A stretch of DNA of 64,000 nucleotides from the human T2T-CHM13v2.0 reference genome, Homo sapiens: the NCBI RefSeq assembly GCF_009914755.1, contig NC_060932.1. One strand, given 5' to 3'. Under the pieces are notes generated by a model. The model was not told the DNA's origin and made no database searches. It saw only the letters and a list, made by a program, of their open reading frames with translations. A program made the position numbers and the translations under genes. Position 1 is the stretch's first letter, and each line of letters opens with the position of its first letter. Shown here one piece after another: positions 61,912-64,000 of this stretch.

Positions 61912-62259
<348 letters not shown>

Positions 62260-62339
62260 TTAGTTATGATTTATATTTAATATGCTAGTTATAATTTAGG
62301 GAGTTTTATTTCCTTTTTTTTGATTGTTTTTGGGGTGTG

Positions 62340-62520
62340 GGTAAGAACTTGTACTCAGGGTTTGAATCCTAGCTTCCATACATACTAATTATGTAACTTT
62401 AGGGAAGTTATTTACAGTTGAGATAATAATAGTATTATAGTAGTACCTCCTGGAATTGTCATAAAGATCAAATGAGATTATACATCTAACATGTTTAACA
62501 GTGTCTGTACAACAATCTTT
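62340..62520 (+). mobile_element. MIR SINE
   Basis: gggtttgaatcctagcttccatacatactaattatgtaactttagggaagttattta...aaatgagatta. Confidence 0.65.
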
Positions 62521-62599
62521 TTAGTTAATATTACCTATTATGATTATATATAAATATATTTATGGGGTTTTCTTTCCCTAACTTACCCTTTTATTTTAG

Positions 62600-62658
62600 T
62601 CTCTATGAAGAAGCTGCAGAAAATTTGCATCAGCTGTCAGACAAGCTTCCTGCTCCTG
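62600..62658 (+). CDS. MTBP: MTBP exon 5 ((D)[19 protein letters not shown]); gene continues beyond the window
   Basis: 59 nt, ttttag / gtaata, phase 2 to 1; cumulative CDS 484 nt. Confidence 0.95.
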
Positions 62659-64000
62659 GTAATATTTTATGACTGCTTTCAATAATTTGTATCTTATCTT
62701 ATTACACTTTATGAATAAATGATAAATTTGTTCTTTATGTTAGTGTTCTCACTCTAATCTTTAAATTAAAAAATGCAAAACAATTTTTAATTGAAGTTGA
62801 TACAGAATGTATCCATGGGAGTACATTACCGAGATGTAGCAGTTCTTTTCATTGTTTTCATTTAGTTAGGCAAAAATTAGAACTTTGGACATTAAATAAC
62901 TATCTCTGTTTCTTTAGTTATTGCTGAAGAAGAATCTTCCTGCTACAGACTGTTGCTTTTCAGAGTATGTTCTATAGAAGACTAATCCTATAAACAGCTC
63001 TTTAAAAAGGAGATTATTTAGCCTTGATGATTTGGATAACATTCTTTTATGGTGAAGTTACTATATGCATTGTCAAATGGAATGTCATACCATAAAAGAA
63101 AGTGTTTCCTCAGCATTTTTTTATAGAACCTATTTTTTTCCCCATAGTGGAAAGAATACGTGTGACATACTGTATCATAATATTCCTAAAACTGGTTTTT
63201 TTCTTTTTTCCTTTGTGTTAATCAAGTAGCTGTCATCTAATATTTGGTACAGTTGGTATCCGCAAATACTTTGAAGAGTATTCTTTTCTGAATGCTTTAT
63301 TGAAGGTCATTAGTAAGTAAATATTTGTACTAGGAGCCAAGTGTACCATGATGAATAAAGCATCTGTGATTAACATAAAGGAGCTTTTAGCTTATAGTCA
63401 GCCAGATCTCTATATTCAAGGAGATCATATATTAGTACAAAAAGCCCCACATAGAAAAATAACTGAATGAGTTGACAAACGTATCAACTTTTAAAATGAA
63501 ATGTGTTGAGGTCAAAGTATGCACTGAAATATTACATAGTTGTTTTGGCAAATTAGAATACTTTCATTATCAAATTTATCTCCAGTTTGTTTCATTTTGA
63601 TTTTTGTAGTCCTTCAGGAAATGTATAATTTTATAAAATTTAAAGTTTTGTGAAGTTATTTTTTCTCAGGATCCAATGATGATGTCAGTATAATTGGTTT
63701 TCAGAGTGTTTTATTGTCCTTTATAAAAGAGACATCATTTATTTGAACATTACAGTTTTGCACTTATTCATTCTCTTTTGGATAACAAAATTATGTTTAG
63801 AAAAATATAATGAAATTGCACAGGTTTTTTTTTTCTCTGTTGAGTACAATAGCATTGATGATCATGAGAGTGATGTGTGTAATTAACCACTGCTGCAGAA
63901 TTGGCAAGTAATTATGATATAGTTTATTGTTTTCTAGTATATGCTAGCTATTTCAAGATAACATGGCTTTCAATAAATGATGAACATTTAAAAAGTTTGA

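Overview
Primate, very probably human, genomic DNA. The translated exons match the MRPL13/MTBP locus (8q24.12, from recall). The window holds the complete 7-exon MRPL13 gene on the minus strand (ATG 53839, stop 4864, 178 aa) and the first 5 exons of MTBP on the plus strand (ATG 54216). The two genes share a short CpG-rich bidirectional promoter with E2F, ETS-CRE and CDE/CHR-like motifs. Much of the remainder is repeats: a full-length L1PA11/12-like element with target-site duplications (TSDs), other L1 fragments, Alus, MIR, L2 and MER DNA transposons. The main unexplained signal is a chain of about 15 decayed plus-strand exons at 2083 to ~20400. It runs antisense across the MRPL13 3' end and into its last intron, with canonical AG/GT boundaries, many 100-180 nt introns and mostly matching splice phases. 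By eye its translation is collinear with GREB1/GREB1L: an N-terminal region, a late P-loop AKPRTGKT, and a C-terminal glycosyltransferase-like region. I interpret it as a candidate unitary pseudogene of a lost third GREB1-family gene; the family call rests on recalled motifs and needs a profile search. Also noted: a probable U12-type intron in MTBP, a 5'UTR hairpin in MRPL13, and a ~175 bp local duplication.
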